From Macrostomum lignano (Eukaryota), in NCBI GenBank assembly GCA_002269645.1, contig NIVC01000371.1, positions 294,459-358,458 on the forward strand: 64,000 bases of DNA, in the 5' to 3' direction. This document shows, piece by piece, positions 1 through 10,800 of this stretch. The notes under the pieces are model-generated. The model ran no database searches. It was not told where the DNA came from and saw only the letters and a list, made by a program, of their open reading frames with translations. The translations under genes and the position numbers were made by a program. Each line of letters begins with the position of its first letter. Within the stretch, counting starts at the first letter, position 1.

Positions 1-35
1 AGACACGGAGAGTCAGACACGGAGAATCAGCTCAC

Positions 36-3000
36 CATTCTTGGCCAGGTCGGAGACGCCGGCGCAGGTGCCATTGGCGGGATTGCAGGCCACGGACTCG
101 CCGCCGCCGCAGACGCAGACCCTGGCGCAGTCCTGGCCGTAGAAGCCGGCCGGACAGGGCAGCTCGCACAGCGAGCCGGTGAACCCCGGCCGGCACCGAC
201 AGGCTCGCTGTCCGCTGCTGGCAGACGCGCGCGCCGCCGTTGAGGCACAGACAACGCCGCCTGGCGCATCCGGGACCTTCAAAATACGGCCGACAGACGC
301 AGCGGCCGCTAGAGTCGCAGCGACCGCCGATTTCGCTGCACGCCGCGCCGTCGGAGTCGCGGCAGGCGACGGCCAGATCGACAATTTTATCAGCACCGGA
401 GCCGGCGGCGGCGGGTAGCAGCGGCGTCAGCAAGGCGCGACGACGACGGAGTTGGCAACTGCTGCTGGCGTCGGCTGATGCACAGGACGGCGGCAGCCGG
501 GCGAAGACAGGCAAACTGAGGCGAAGAGGAGCCGCCGCCGCCGCTGTCAAAGCAGAAGATTTAGAAGTAATAGAGTCTCCAGCCTTTCAGACTGTCAACG
601 ATAGAAGATAGAAAATATTCAACGATTCTACCAGAAGGTGCCGATTTTTACCCCATAAGCGCTAAGTGCATCCAGTGCGCTTGACCGCTTTCAAGCTTTC
701 AAGAGACCCCACAGTTGCTAGGCATTTAATGTCACTAACCAGACAGCAGTCGGGCTGCCAATCAGAGTGCCGTTGACCATCAGGCCTGCAGCGTCTCCGG
801 CTTCAAGGCTGACCGCATGTTCCATGCCCAGACGGAGCAGCAGGTCCGCGAAGTCGCTTAGCGATAAACTGAAATTGGTTTGCAAAGACTCGTGTACATA
901 GATTTAGACACGATTCTCATGGTGAGATTTAGTCACGATTCTCATGGTGAGATTTAGTCACGATTCTCATGGTGAGATTTAGTCACGATTCTCATGGTGA
1001 GATTTAGTCACGATTCTCATGGTGAGATTTAGTCACGATTCTCATATGGTGAGATTTAGACACGATTCTCATTAGGTGAGATTTAGACACGATTCTCACG
1101 GTGAGATTTAGTCACGATTCTCATTAGGTGAGATTTAGACACGATTCTCATTAGGTGAGATTCAGACACGATTCTCATATGGTGAGATTTAGACACGATT
1201 CTCATTAGGTGAGATTTAGACACGATTCTCATTAGGTGAGATTTAGACACGATTCTCAATAGGTGAGATTTAGTCACGATTCGCATTAGGTGAGATTTAG
1301 ACACGATTCTCATGGTGAGATTTAGTCACGATTCGCATTAGGTGAGATTTAGACACGATTCTCAATAGGTGAGATTTAGACACGATTCTCATATGGTGAG
1401 ATTTAGACACGATTCTCATTAGGTGAGATTTAGACACGATTCTCATTAGGTGAGATTTAGACACGATTCTCATGGTGAGATTTAGACACGATTCTCATTA
1501 GGTGAGATTTAGACACGATTCTCATTAGGTGAGATTTAGTCACGATTCGCATTAGGTGAGATTTAGACTCGATTCTCATTAGGTGAGATTTAGACACGAT
1601 TCTCATTAGGTGAGATTTAGACACGATTCTCATTAGGTGAGATTTAGACACAATTCTCATGGTGAGATTTAGACACGATTCTCAAAGTAATTTTTTTAAA
1701 AATTATAAAAGAACATAGCAACACACCCGGCCAAGCCAGGCCTGCCGACAATGTGCACCAGGGAAAGCTCGCCAGCTCGATTCTGACCAATCGCCGAGCG
1801 AGATGAAGGCGCTTTTGCGGCTGCGGCCGCTGCAGCCGCTTCTCCATCGTCGGGGTGGCCCGCTGAGCGAGAGCAAGCCTCTAGGCGAAGACTGGCAGAT
1901 GCAAACTGGAGGCAGAAGTAAAACAAATCAATTTAAATAGCTACTCAAAATGTACATTGGCTATATAATGTAAATAACTGTATTCGAACTCACATTTTTG
2001 CCATCCCGAACAAGCCAGCCCTGACCGCCAATTAGCTGTTTGAATCGGTTCAATTCTGTCGGTTTTGAGTCCGGGTATCTGCGCGATTAGGGAGTATTGC
2101 GTAATCAGTTGAGACCATGCTTGGGCGCAACCTAGGGATTCACCCGGCCGTTTCTATTGGCAACACACACATGTAAGTCGCTATTGGACGGAATAGTAGT
2201 CACGACTGCTCTCAGCCAATAGCGACTTACATGTGTGTGTTGCCAATAGAAACGGCCGGGTGATTCCCAAGGTTGCGCACTTGAGACACTTGGATATCCG
2301 TTACCAGAGTTGGCAGAGATTATGACACAAAAAACCTAGCTGCTAGATATTGGTTGAGTCTGGGTTTTATCTGATATCAATTTTCTGAAGCTTCAAGTTA
2401 TCGATTGTCCTAAGGGGGGTGCTTTTAGATTAGAGGCAGGGGGCTGTGTGCCGGACTTTCAGCGACTTTGTCACAACCGGCGAGGGCATTACTGCCGATT
2501 CCACCGACTCCCCTGAGCTGAAACCCTATCGATTCAGGGTGTTAGGAATCGATAAAGGCTGTTAGATTTCGATTGAGGATGTTGGATATTGATTTAGGAT
2601 GTTAGATAACGACTGAGGGTGCTAGATATTGATTGGGGGTGTCAGACATCGATTAAGGGTGTTAGACGTCGATTAAGAGGTGTTAGACATCGATTAAGGG
2701 GTGTTAGACATCGATTAAGGGCGTTAGACATCGATTAAGGGGTGTTAGACATCGATTAAGGGCGTTAGACATCGATTAAGGGGTGTTAGACATCGATCAA
2801 GGGGCGTTAGACATCGATCAAGGGGTGTTAAATATCGATTTAAGGGTGTTAGACATCGATTAAGGGGTGTTAAATATCGATTAAGGGATGTTAGATATTG
2901 ATTAAGGGTGCTGCCACCATCAGCCGGCATATGCTGCCAAACAACTATACTAACCCGAAGAAGACTTCGCCAGCTTCGGTGACGCCGAAGTGCGCAGAGA

Positions 3001-5426
3001 CCCGGCCGTGTTCAGCCGACCCGGACAGCAGCTGCCGGCCATCGCTCACCAGCTGGCCAAGGCAGCCGCCAGCCCCGGCCGCCGAAGCCGGCAGCACAGC
3101 TTCGCAGTTGTGAGCGGCGGCCAGGCCAGCCAGTCTGCTGGCAGCCTGAGGCTCCGGCGGCATCGAGTCGAAACTGTCGCCACAGCGCATCGGCAGAGCT
3201 GCAGGCAGGACTCGGATCGCTCTGGCAGCGCCGCGGACTGTGACAACGCCGCCAGTGACAGGACCGTGCGGGCCGGGCTCCAGCAACCAGCGAGTCCGAA
3301 CTATCGTCGAGTTGTCAATCAGCATTCGCGCAGGCGGAATGAACAACCGAGGCAGAGACCGAGACGATGACGGACAAGCGATAGCCTCGGGCGCGCACGG
3401 GTTGTTGGTATTGGCGATGCAGTTGTACTTTTAGACTGAAAGAGTCTTGACGTTGCCGGCACGATGTCGGGAACTGCTGGCGGCGGACGGCGCGGCTGCA
3501 CTGGCAGGTCGACATTGTCGAAATCGTCAGAGTCGTAGTTGTCAAAGTCGTCAGGGTCAACGCTGAGCAGAGTGAGCAGCCGGGGTTGAGAAGACATGGA
3601 TGCTCTGAGATAAAACTTAGCTAGCACTAAAACTTAAAAAGCCCATCTAAGATCTGAGTTTTTAAGTGTCACAACTACAGTGCTTTTTAGGAGATAGTTC
3701 AGAATTCAAAGGTCTTCGTGTCATAACATATGCCACGACAGGTCAGGTTAGAGAGGCTCAACAGTGTAAATAGTAGGGTAGAGATGTTGCTATTTTATTT
3801 GAATTTGAACTTTTAGACTGATGCCATATGGAATTCTGGTTTTCAATTTGGCATCCTACATTTGAACCTAGGATACCAGGCGGCACTGCAATTTTTTGTC
3901 TTTTTTCAACATTTGGCACAAAATTGGAACAAAAGTCTTATTTGCAAAAGTTTTAGTAGTAAACAGCACTAAGCTGTGAGCAAGATTCTTCCCTCTTTTT
4001 CTTTTAAAAAATGTTCTATACATATGCTCATATAATGCTGTAATAAATTATATAACATTTAAAATAACTTGAGATTTACTAAGATAAGTTACAGAAACAA
4101 TATATATATGGTACACAGATTTTTCTCTAAAAATTTGTTCTATTATACTTGTTAAACCAATTAAAAGGGAGCATTTGGACTATTGTCAAATAGTAATAGG
4201 GTATACTACTTTTATGAAATGTGATAAATGGCTAAATCACAAATATAGCTAGTACTAGCAATAATTTTTGAAGGGAAAGTCAACTATAAATTATAATTAT
4301 CTTGACAATAATTAACTACTTTATGGATCTATAAATTTAAATAACTTTTTATTTGAGACAAAATGACATTCTGAGATTAATACATATAGATATATTGAAA
4401 AGGCAGGTAAAAGAATAAATAATGGCTAATAGAACATGAAGAGATCAGAGATTCATTAGCTGGCACATGGATAAATTTTAGAAAGCTAAGCTGGTTAAGC
4501 TAAGTTGGTTAAGGAGTGCTAGATGGCTTTAAAGGCTAGGCCCCTAATAGGCTACAAGCTCTAACTGGCTTAGGGATAAGTCTTGCCAATATATAGGCAT
4601 GGCTAAGATGGCTAATAAAGAGAGAAGAAACATGAGAACTATAAAAAAGCTACAATAAGAAGGCAAAAGTGATAAAAAATCATGTGTATAGCATTGATTG
4701 GCTAATAAGATTTAACAAATTGTTATTATTAGTCTATTGTATTAAGCTATAAAAATGCTGCAATAAAAATATATTATTTTTAGTTTAGTGAAATAACAAT
4801 AGATAATTTAAATTTTAAGATTATGCAGATAAATACAAATAACTTAATCACTGGTGCAGACAAAATAGATTAGATAAGGCTAAGTCATTGTTGTTATTAT
4901 TAATACATATAATAAATTATTAGCTTTCTATTCTATATAATAAAAACATTGCACTGTTCTAGATATATTGCATAATTGTAAGAAATTTCAAAATAATAGT
5001 TTAATCATAATCAAAGTTTAGTAACAATTTATCAAAAGATATTATCAAGTTGCTTTATCAAAAGTTAATGTTTTTACATAAAAAGTTGATACTACTATAT
5101 GCTTGAAATTCAATTATGGTATGCCATTTCATTATAGGCCTAGGAATAGGAAGTTGTTGGGAATTTGATATACTATTAATATCCCAATTAGTAGGGCCTA
5201 CTAAACCCATTAAAAGGAGTGAAACATTGTAAGTAAAACTACTTCTATCGATTATTATGAGGGATTGTAAGGCTAGTGTCTTTGAGAACATGAATATAAA
5301 TTAAAGACAATAAAATAGAATGTACGTACTAACATACCCTAGTTTATTATCGTGACTTCTGCGCTGCACGGAAATGTTGACACATAAAAGCAGCATCAAA
5401 ACTGTACCAAAATTTTGGAAAAACAT
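36..5426 (-). CDS. NAGPA: NAGPA-like (N-acetylglucosamine-1-phosphodiester alpha-N-acetylglucosaminidase / uncovering enzyme-like) protein with C-terminal EGF repeats; 3' end runs off the window; three apparent frameshifts
   Basis: Hand-spliced exons (minus): 5426-5338, 3604-2955, 2078-1994, 1905-1727, 868-740, 543-36. All have GT/AG ends and matching phases (2,2,0,2,2). Exon 1 is signal-peptide-like (MFFQNFGTVLMLLLCVNISV). Peptides follow NAGPA in order: CLGQLVSDGRQL..AHFGVTEAGEVFFG (human CLGNVVSDERR..AQFGIRRDGTLVTG), FKQLIGGQGWLVRDGK (FVQLLSGVVWLIRNGS), SSRSAIGQNRAGELSLVHIVG (SARTAIGHDRKGQLVLFHADG), LSLSDFADLLLRLGMEHAVSLEAGDAAGLMVNGTLIGSP (INLWEMAEFLLKQDVVNAINLDGGGSATFVLNGTLASYP), FACLRPAAAVLCI (WRCPRQVSTVVCV), then EGF repeats CRCRPGFTGSLCELPCPAGFYGQDC. 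The frame must shift near ~3430, within ~470-395, and near ~230. Confidence 0.82.
901..1683. repeat. Intronic minisatellite, ~25-28 bp (GGTGAGATTTAG(A/T)CACGATTCTCA(TTA))
   Basis: Direct tandem repetition inside the NAGPA-like intron. Confidence 0.95.
2126..2278. mobile_element. Hairpin MITE-like element, copy 1 (intronic in the NAGPA-like gene)
   Basis: ~60-bp inverted arms GCGCAACC..CACCCGGCCGTTTCTATTGGCAACACACACATGTAAGTCGCTATTGG / reverse complement, around a ~28-nt spacer. A homologous copy lies at 40951-41106. Confidence 0.7.
2600..2905. repeat. Intronic minisatellite, ~21-22 bp (GTGTTAGACATCGATTAAGGG)
   Basis: Direct tandem repetition, degenerate at the left end. Confidence 0.9.
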
Positions 5427-5896
5427 TTATTCTTTTTAGCTAGGTCAAATCAACTCAACAGTAATCAAAAGTTTGATATAAAATATTGGGCCGATAACGA
5501 ATTTTAAATTTCAAGTAAAAACGTCCACGTTCTTTAGTAAACAGACTGAAGGTAACGAGATTTCAAACTTTTTAAAATTTTTGTTCAGTTTTTCATATGC
5601 GCATGTGCATCGGTTTGAAAAATGTAAAAGTCTTGCTTCTAAGAAGCGTCAATAAATAAAACACAAGTTTCTTGAGAAAACTTATTCTTTGCAGAAATTT
5701 TTAAATAGAAAAGTAAAAACGTAGAAAAATAAACATATAAACATTTTGAACTCGTTTTTAAAAACTATTTTGTTTCCTTTTCTGCATCCATGTAAGCTTG
5801 TTTAACTTGTTTATTGTATGTTGAATTATACCAAAGGACGCTGGTCAAAATCATAATTAAGTGCTTTTTAAAGCATATAGATATCATCAATCGGCA

Positions 5897-6752
5897 ATGA
5901 AAACACAAAATAAAGGAAAAACGAAGAAGTTTTCACTCAAAGTGCATTTTGATATCACAGATGAAACAATTTGTTTCGCTCGAGTGACTCCAAAGTCTAC
6001 TATAAGAGATTTAAAAAGGGTACATAGAGCTGGAAACTGGCATCCCATGCGAATTACAGAAGCTGAATTACTTGGATGCAGGTAATAAAAGGCTTGTTGA
6101 ATTATTGAATTTTCAATAAAAATGCGTGTCTTGGCCAACTATTTTACTCAAAACTGGAATGAAAAACTGCATTTTCTTTCAGGAGACTTACCAGACGAGC
6201 AAACAATAAAGAAGATTGAGATTGTACCAAAAGCAACAATCAATATGCAAGTTTGGCACACTTGGAGAGATTTAGTCGAAGCCTGCTGCTCGAGAGATAT
6301 TGAATGGGTTCGTGCTTTTAATATTGAACTTTTTTACGACAGAAGGAGAACTTTAAACTAATAATTTGTACTCCTCATTAACTGGTCCCTTCAGAATTCA
6401 GAATAAATGAACAAGATTGGTAAGAAACATAATAATAAAAAATCAAAACGTGCATCAAAATCATTTTATAGATATTAATACAGTACACTTTTTCAGATTT
6501 GGCCGTGCATTCTGGTTTATTTCACTGTGTGCATTTACGAGTAATTCGCACTTATTCTTCTTTTTATTGATCGCCCTGTCACTATCATGCTAATCTGCAT
6601 TACAATAGAAATCTATATAGGAATAAATGGGGTTAAATATTAAAATAATATGTTACACTCAGAAATTAAATTCCATAGCTTTACACACGAACGTCTAATC
6701 TCCTTCAATTTCATGAAGTTGTTTCTCTCGGCGTAACAAAAGATTCAAAGTT
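5897..6752 (+). pseudogene. 5'-partial, frameshifted duplicate of the ANKRD60-like gene (exons 1-2 and the start of exon 3)
   Basis: Near-identical to 7889-8749. It has A5 instead of A4 at 6013-6017 (ttaaaaaggg vs ttaaaaggg), which shifts exon 1, and it breaks off at 6752 after GATTCAAAGTT, shortly before a 69-bp repeat. Confidence 0.75.
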
Positions 6753-6775
6753 GTACTAAACTTCCCACAACACAG

Positions 6776-6982
6776 CATATGTAGAAGATAGGGCAGCTAT
6801 CTCGTCAGTGTGCAGTGCGGATAAGCAGAAAATTATTTGCACGGCATATGTAGAAGATAGGGCAGCTATCTCGTCAGTGTGCCGTGCGGATAAGCAGAAA
6901 ATTATTCGCATGGCATATGTAGAAGATAGGGCAGCTATCTCCTCAGTGTGCCGTGCGGATAAGCAGAAAATTATTCGCACGG
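6776..6982. repeat. 69-bp tandem repeat x3 at the duplication junction
   Basis: CATATGTAGAAGATAGGGCAGCTATCTC..ATTATT(C/T)GCACGG repeated three times. Confidence 0.95.
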
Positions 6983-7289
6983 TACCGTTGGAATAAGACA
7001 GGAAATATTCCTACGGTACTGTGGGGATAAGCACTGCCTATCATTAATATTATAAATTTAAATTCATTTAAATTCCTTAATAAATTAAGGAATAGGAAGT
7101 TGTGGGGAATTTGATATACTATTAATATCCAATTAGTAGGGCCTACTAAACCCATTAAAAGGAGTGAAACGTTGTAAGTAAAACTACTTCTATCGATTAT
7201 TATGTGGGATTGTAAGGCTAGTGTCTTTGAGATTGAGAACATGAATATAAATTATAAGACAATAAAATAGAAAGTACGTACTAACATAC

Positions 7290-7378
7290 CCTAGTTTATT
7301 ATCTTGACTTCTGCGCTGCACGGAAATGTTGACACACAAAAGCAGCATCAAAACTGTAACAAAAATTTTGAAATACAT
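7290..7378 (-). other. Second intact copy of the NAGPA-like signal-peptide exon 1
   Basis: ATG at 7378, MYFKIFVTVLMLLLCVNISVQRRSQDNKL+GG, donor GTATGT at 7289. Same 89-nt length and phase 2 as 5426-5338. Confidence 0.65.
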
Positions 7379-7587
7379 TTATTCTTTTTAGCCAGGTCAA
7401 ATGAACTCAACAGTAATCAAAAGTTTAGTAGCAAAATTCTTTATTCTGTTTAAGTTGATTTCGATATAAAGTATTGGGCCGATAACGAATTTTAAATTTC
7501 AAGTAAAAACGTCCAAGTTCTTTAGAAAACAAACTGAAGGTGACGAGATTCCAAACTTTTTAAAATTTTCGTTCAGTACTTTTCATA

Positions 7588-7599
7588 TGCGCATGTGCA
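7588..7599. promoter_or_regulatory. NRF1/Ewg-like palindromic motif (TGCGCATGTGCA) in the divergent promoter; second copy at 5598-5609
   Basis: One mismatch to TGCGCATGCGCA, lying between the head-to-head start codons in both duplicate copies. The function is inferred. Confidence 0.35.
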
Positions 7600-7888
7600 T
7601 CGGTTTGAAAAATGTAAAAGTCTTGTTTCTAAGAAGCGTCAATAAATAAAACACAAGTTTCTTGAGAAAACTTATTTTTTGCAGAAATTTTTACAATAGA
7701 AAAGTAAAAACTCAGCAAAACAAACATATAAACATTTTGAACTTGTTTTTTTAACAATTTTGTTTCTTTTTCTGCATCCATGTAAGCTTGTTTAACTTGT
7801 TTATTGTATGTTGAATTTTACCAAAGGACCTGGTCAAAATCATATTTAATTACTTTTATTTAGAGCATTTGGATATCATCAATCGGCA

Positions 7889-10800
7889 ATGAAAACACAA
7901 AATAAAGGAAAAACGAAGAAGTTTCCACTCAAAGTGCATTTTGATATCACAGATGAAACAATTTGTTTCGCTCGATTGACTCCAAAGTCTACTATAAGAG
8001 ATTTAAAAGGGTACATAGAGCTGGAAACTGGCATCCCATGCGAATTACAGAAGCTGAATTACTTGGATGCAGGTAATAAAAGGCTTCGTTGAATTATTGA
8101 ATTTTATCTGCACTAAAAATGCGTGTCTTGGCCAACTATTTTACTCAAAACTGGAATGAAAAACTGCATTTTCTTTCAGGAGACTTACCAGACGAGCAAA
8201 CAATAAAGAAGATTGAGATTGTACCAAAAGCAACTATCAATATGCAAGTTTGGCACACTTGGAGAGATTTAGTCGAAGCCTGCTGCTCGAGAGATATTGA
8301 ATGGGTTCGTGCTTTTAATTATTGAACTTTTTACGACAGAAGGAGAACTTTAAACTAATAATTTGTACTCCTCATTAACTGGTCCCTTCAGAATTCAGAA
8401 TAAATGACAAGATTGGTAAGAAACTTAATAATAAAAAATCAAAACGTGCATCAAAATCAATTTATAGATATTAATACAGTACACTTTTTCAGATCTGGCC
8501 GTGCATTCTGGTTTATTTCACTGTGTGCATTTACGAGTAATTCGCACTTATTCTTCTTTTTATTGATCGCCCTGTCACTATCATGCTAATCTGCATTACG
8601 ATATAAATCTATATAGGAATAAATGGGGTTAAATATTAAAATAATATGTTACACTCAGAAATTAAATTCCATAGCTTTACACACGAACGTCTAATCTCCT
8701 TCAATTTCATGAAGTTGTTTTCTCTCGGCGTAACAAAAGATTCAAAGTTTCAAACGCCAACCTCGGAGTACATGCTGCCCAAGCAGCGGCTGGAGTGGCT
8801 GCGGCAGAGAGCCGGGGTCGCCCTGTTCATCGCCTGCCACAGGTCGCACTACGAGATGGCCAGCCAACTGCTCAGCAGCGGTGAGAGTTCAGAGACCAGA
8901 GAAAGCGGCTTAGGTTGTGATGAGTTTCGCTTAAAAATCTCTCTTTTCGGCTCAGGATGACGTTCCAAATCTCACCCCTTAGATAAAGTCTGCAGGTTTA
9001 AAGATCTCACCCCAGAGATTGGGAGACAGTAGAAAAGATCTCACCCCAAAGATTGGGAGACAGTAGAAAAGATCTCACCCCCAAAGATTGGGAGACAGTA
9101 GAAAAGATCTCACCCAGAGACTAGGTGACAGTAGAAAAGATCTCACCCCAGAGACTAGGTGACAGTAGAAAAGATCTCACCCCAGAGACTAGGTGACAGT
9201 AGAAAAGATCTCACCCCAGAGACTAGGTGACAGTAGAAAAGATCTCACCCCAGAGATTAGGTTACAGTATTATCCCTGCCTGGAATCTAAAGTCTGACAC
9301 TTGCAAAGCCCTAGATTTTATTTCCAAGTCAGTGCTTACTCCGACTCCAATATTCGCCAATCTTCACCAAGGCGCGAATGTCAACGCCACCACGGCATTG
9401 GGACGCTCGCCCTTGCACGTGGCAGCGGCAAAGAACAATGGCGACATCATCAACCTGCTGCTGGAGAGCGGTGAGTTATTCAGCTTCGACTTGATTCATG
9501 ATTACTACCGCTCTTCCATTTAGTTCCGCTGCTACCGACCCTCCAATCCCTGATCCCTGAATTGGCTTTTCTAATTTCAAAATCAGCTTCCTTAATCCAA
9601 AATCAGCTTTCCTAATCCCTAATTTAGCTTCGTTAATCCAAAAATCAACTTTCCTAGTTCCTAAATCAGGTCCCTAATTCCCAAATCAGCTTCCCTAATT
9701 CCTAAATCAGCTTCCCTAATTCATAAATCAGCTTCCCTAATCCCATAAATCAGCTTCCCTGATTCCATAAATCAGCTTCCCTAATCTCATAAATCAGCTT
9801 CCCTAATTCCTAAATCAGCTTCCCTAATCTCATAAATCAGCTTCCCTAATCTCATAAATCAGCTTCCCTAATTCCTAAATCAGCTTCCCTAATCTCATAA
9901 ATCAGCTTCCCTAATCCCATAAATCAGCTTCCCTAATCCCATAAATCAGCTTCCCTGATTCCATAAATCAGCTTCCCTAATCCCATAAATCAGCTTCCCT
10001 GATTCCATAAAACCAGCTTCCCTAATTCATAAATCAGCTTCCCCTAATCCCATAAATCAGCTTCTCCTAATCCCATAAATCAGCTTCCCTTAATCCCATA
10101 AATCAGCTTCCCTTAATCCCATAAATCAGCTTCCCTAATCCCATAAATCAGCTTCCCTAATCCCATAAATCAGCTTCCCTAATCCCATAAATCAGCTTCC
10201 CTGATTCCATAAATCAGCTTCCCTAATTCATAAATCAGCTTCCCTAATTCATAAATCAGCTTCCCTAATCCCATAAATTAGCTTCCCTAATCCCATAAAT
10301 CAGCTTCCCCTAATCCCATAAATCAGCTTCCCCTAATCCCATAAATCAGCTTCCCTAATCCCATAAATCAGCTTCCCTAATTCCATAAATCAGCTTCCCT
10401 GATTCCATAAATCAGCTTCCCTGATTCCATAAATCAGCTTCCCTAATCCCATAAATCAGCTTCCCTAATCTCATAAATCAGCTTCCCTAATCCCATAAAT
10501 CAGCTTCCCTGATTCCATAAATCAGCTTCCCTGATTCCATAAATCAGCTTCCCTGATTCCATAAATCAGCTTCCCTGATTCCATAAATCAGCTTCCCTAA
10601 TTCTATAAATCGGCTTCCATGATCCATAAATCAGCTTCCCTAATCCCATAAATCAGCTTCCCTAATCCCATAAATCAGCTTCCCTAATTCCATAAATCAG
10701 CTTCCCTAATTCCATAAATCAGCTTCCCCTAATCCCATAAATCAGCTTCCCTAATCCCATAAATCAGCTTCCCTAATCCCATAAATCAGCTTCCCTAATT

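Larger units (their letters stand above)
5142..8749. repeat. Tandem segmental duplication, ~1.6 kb (copy 1 5142-6752, copy 2 7088-8749)
   Basis: Directly alignable from AGGAATAGGAAGTTG at 5142/7088 to GATTCAAAGTT at 6752/8749, with scattered substitutions and short indels. Confidence 0.93.
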
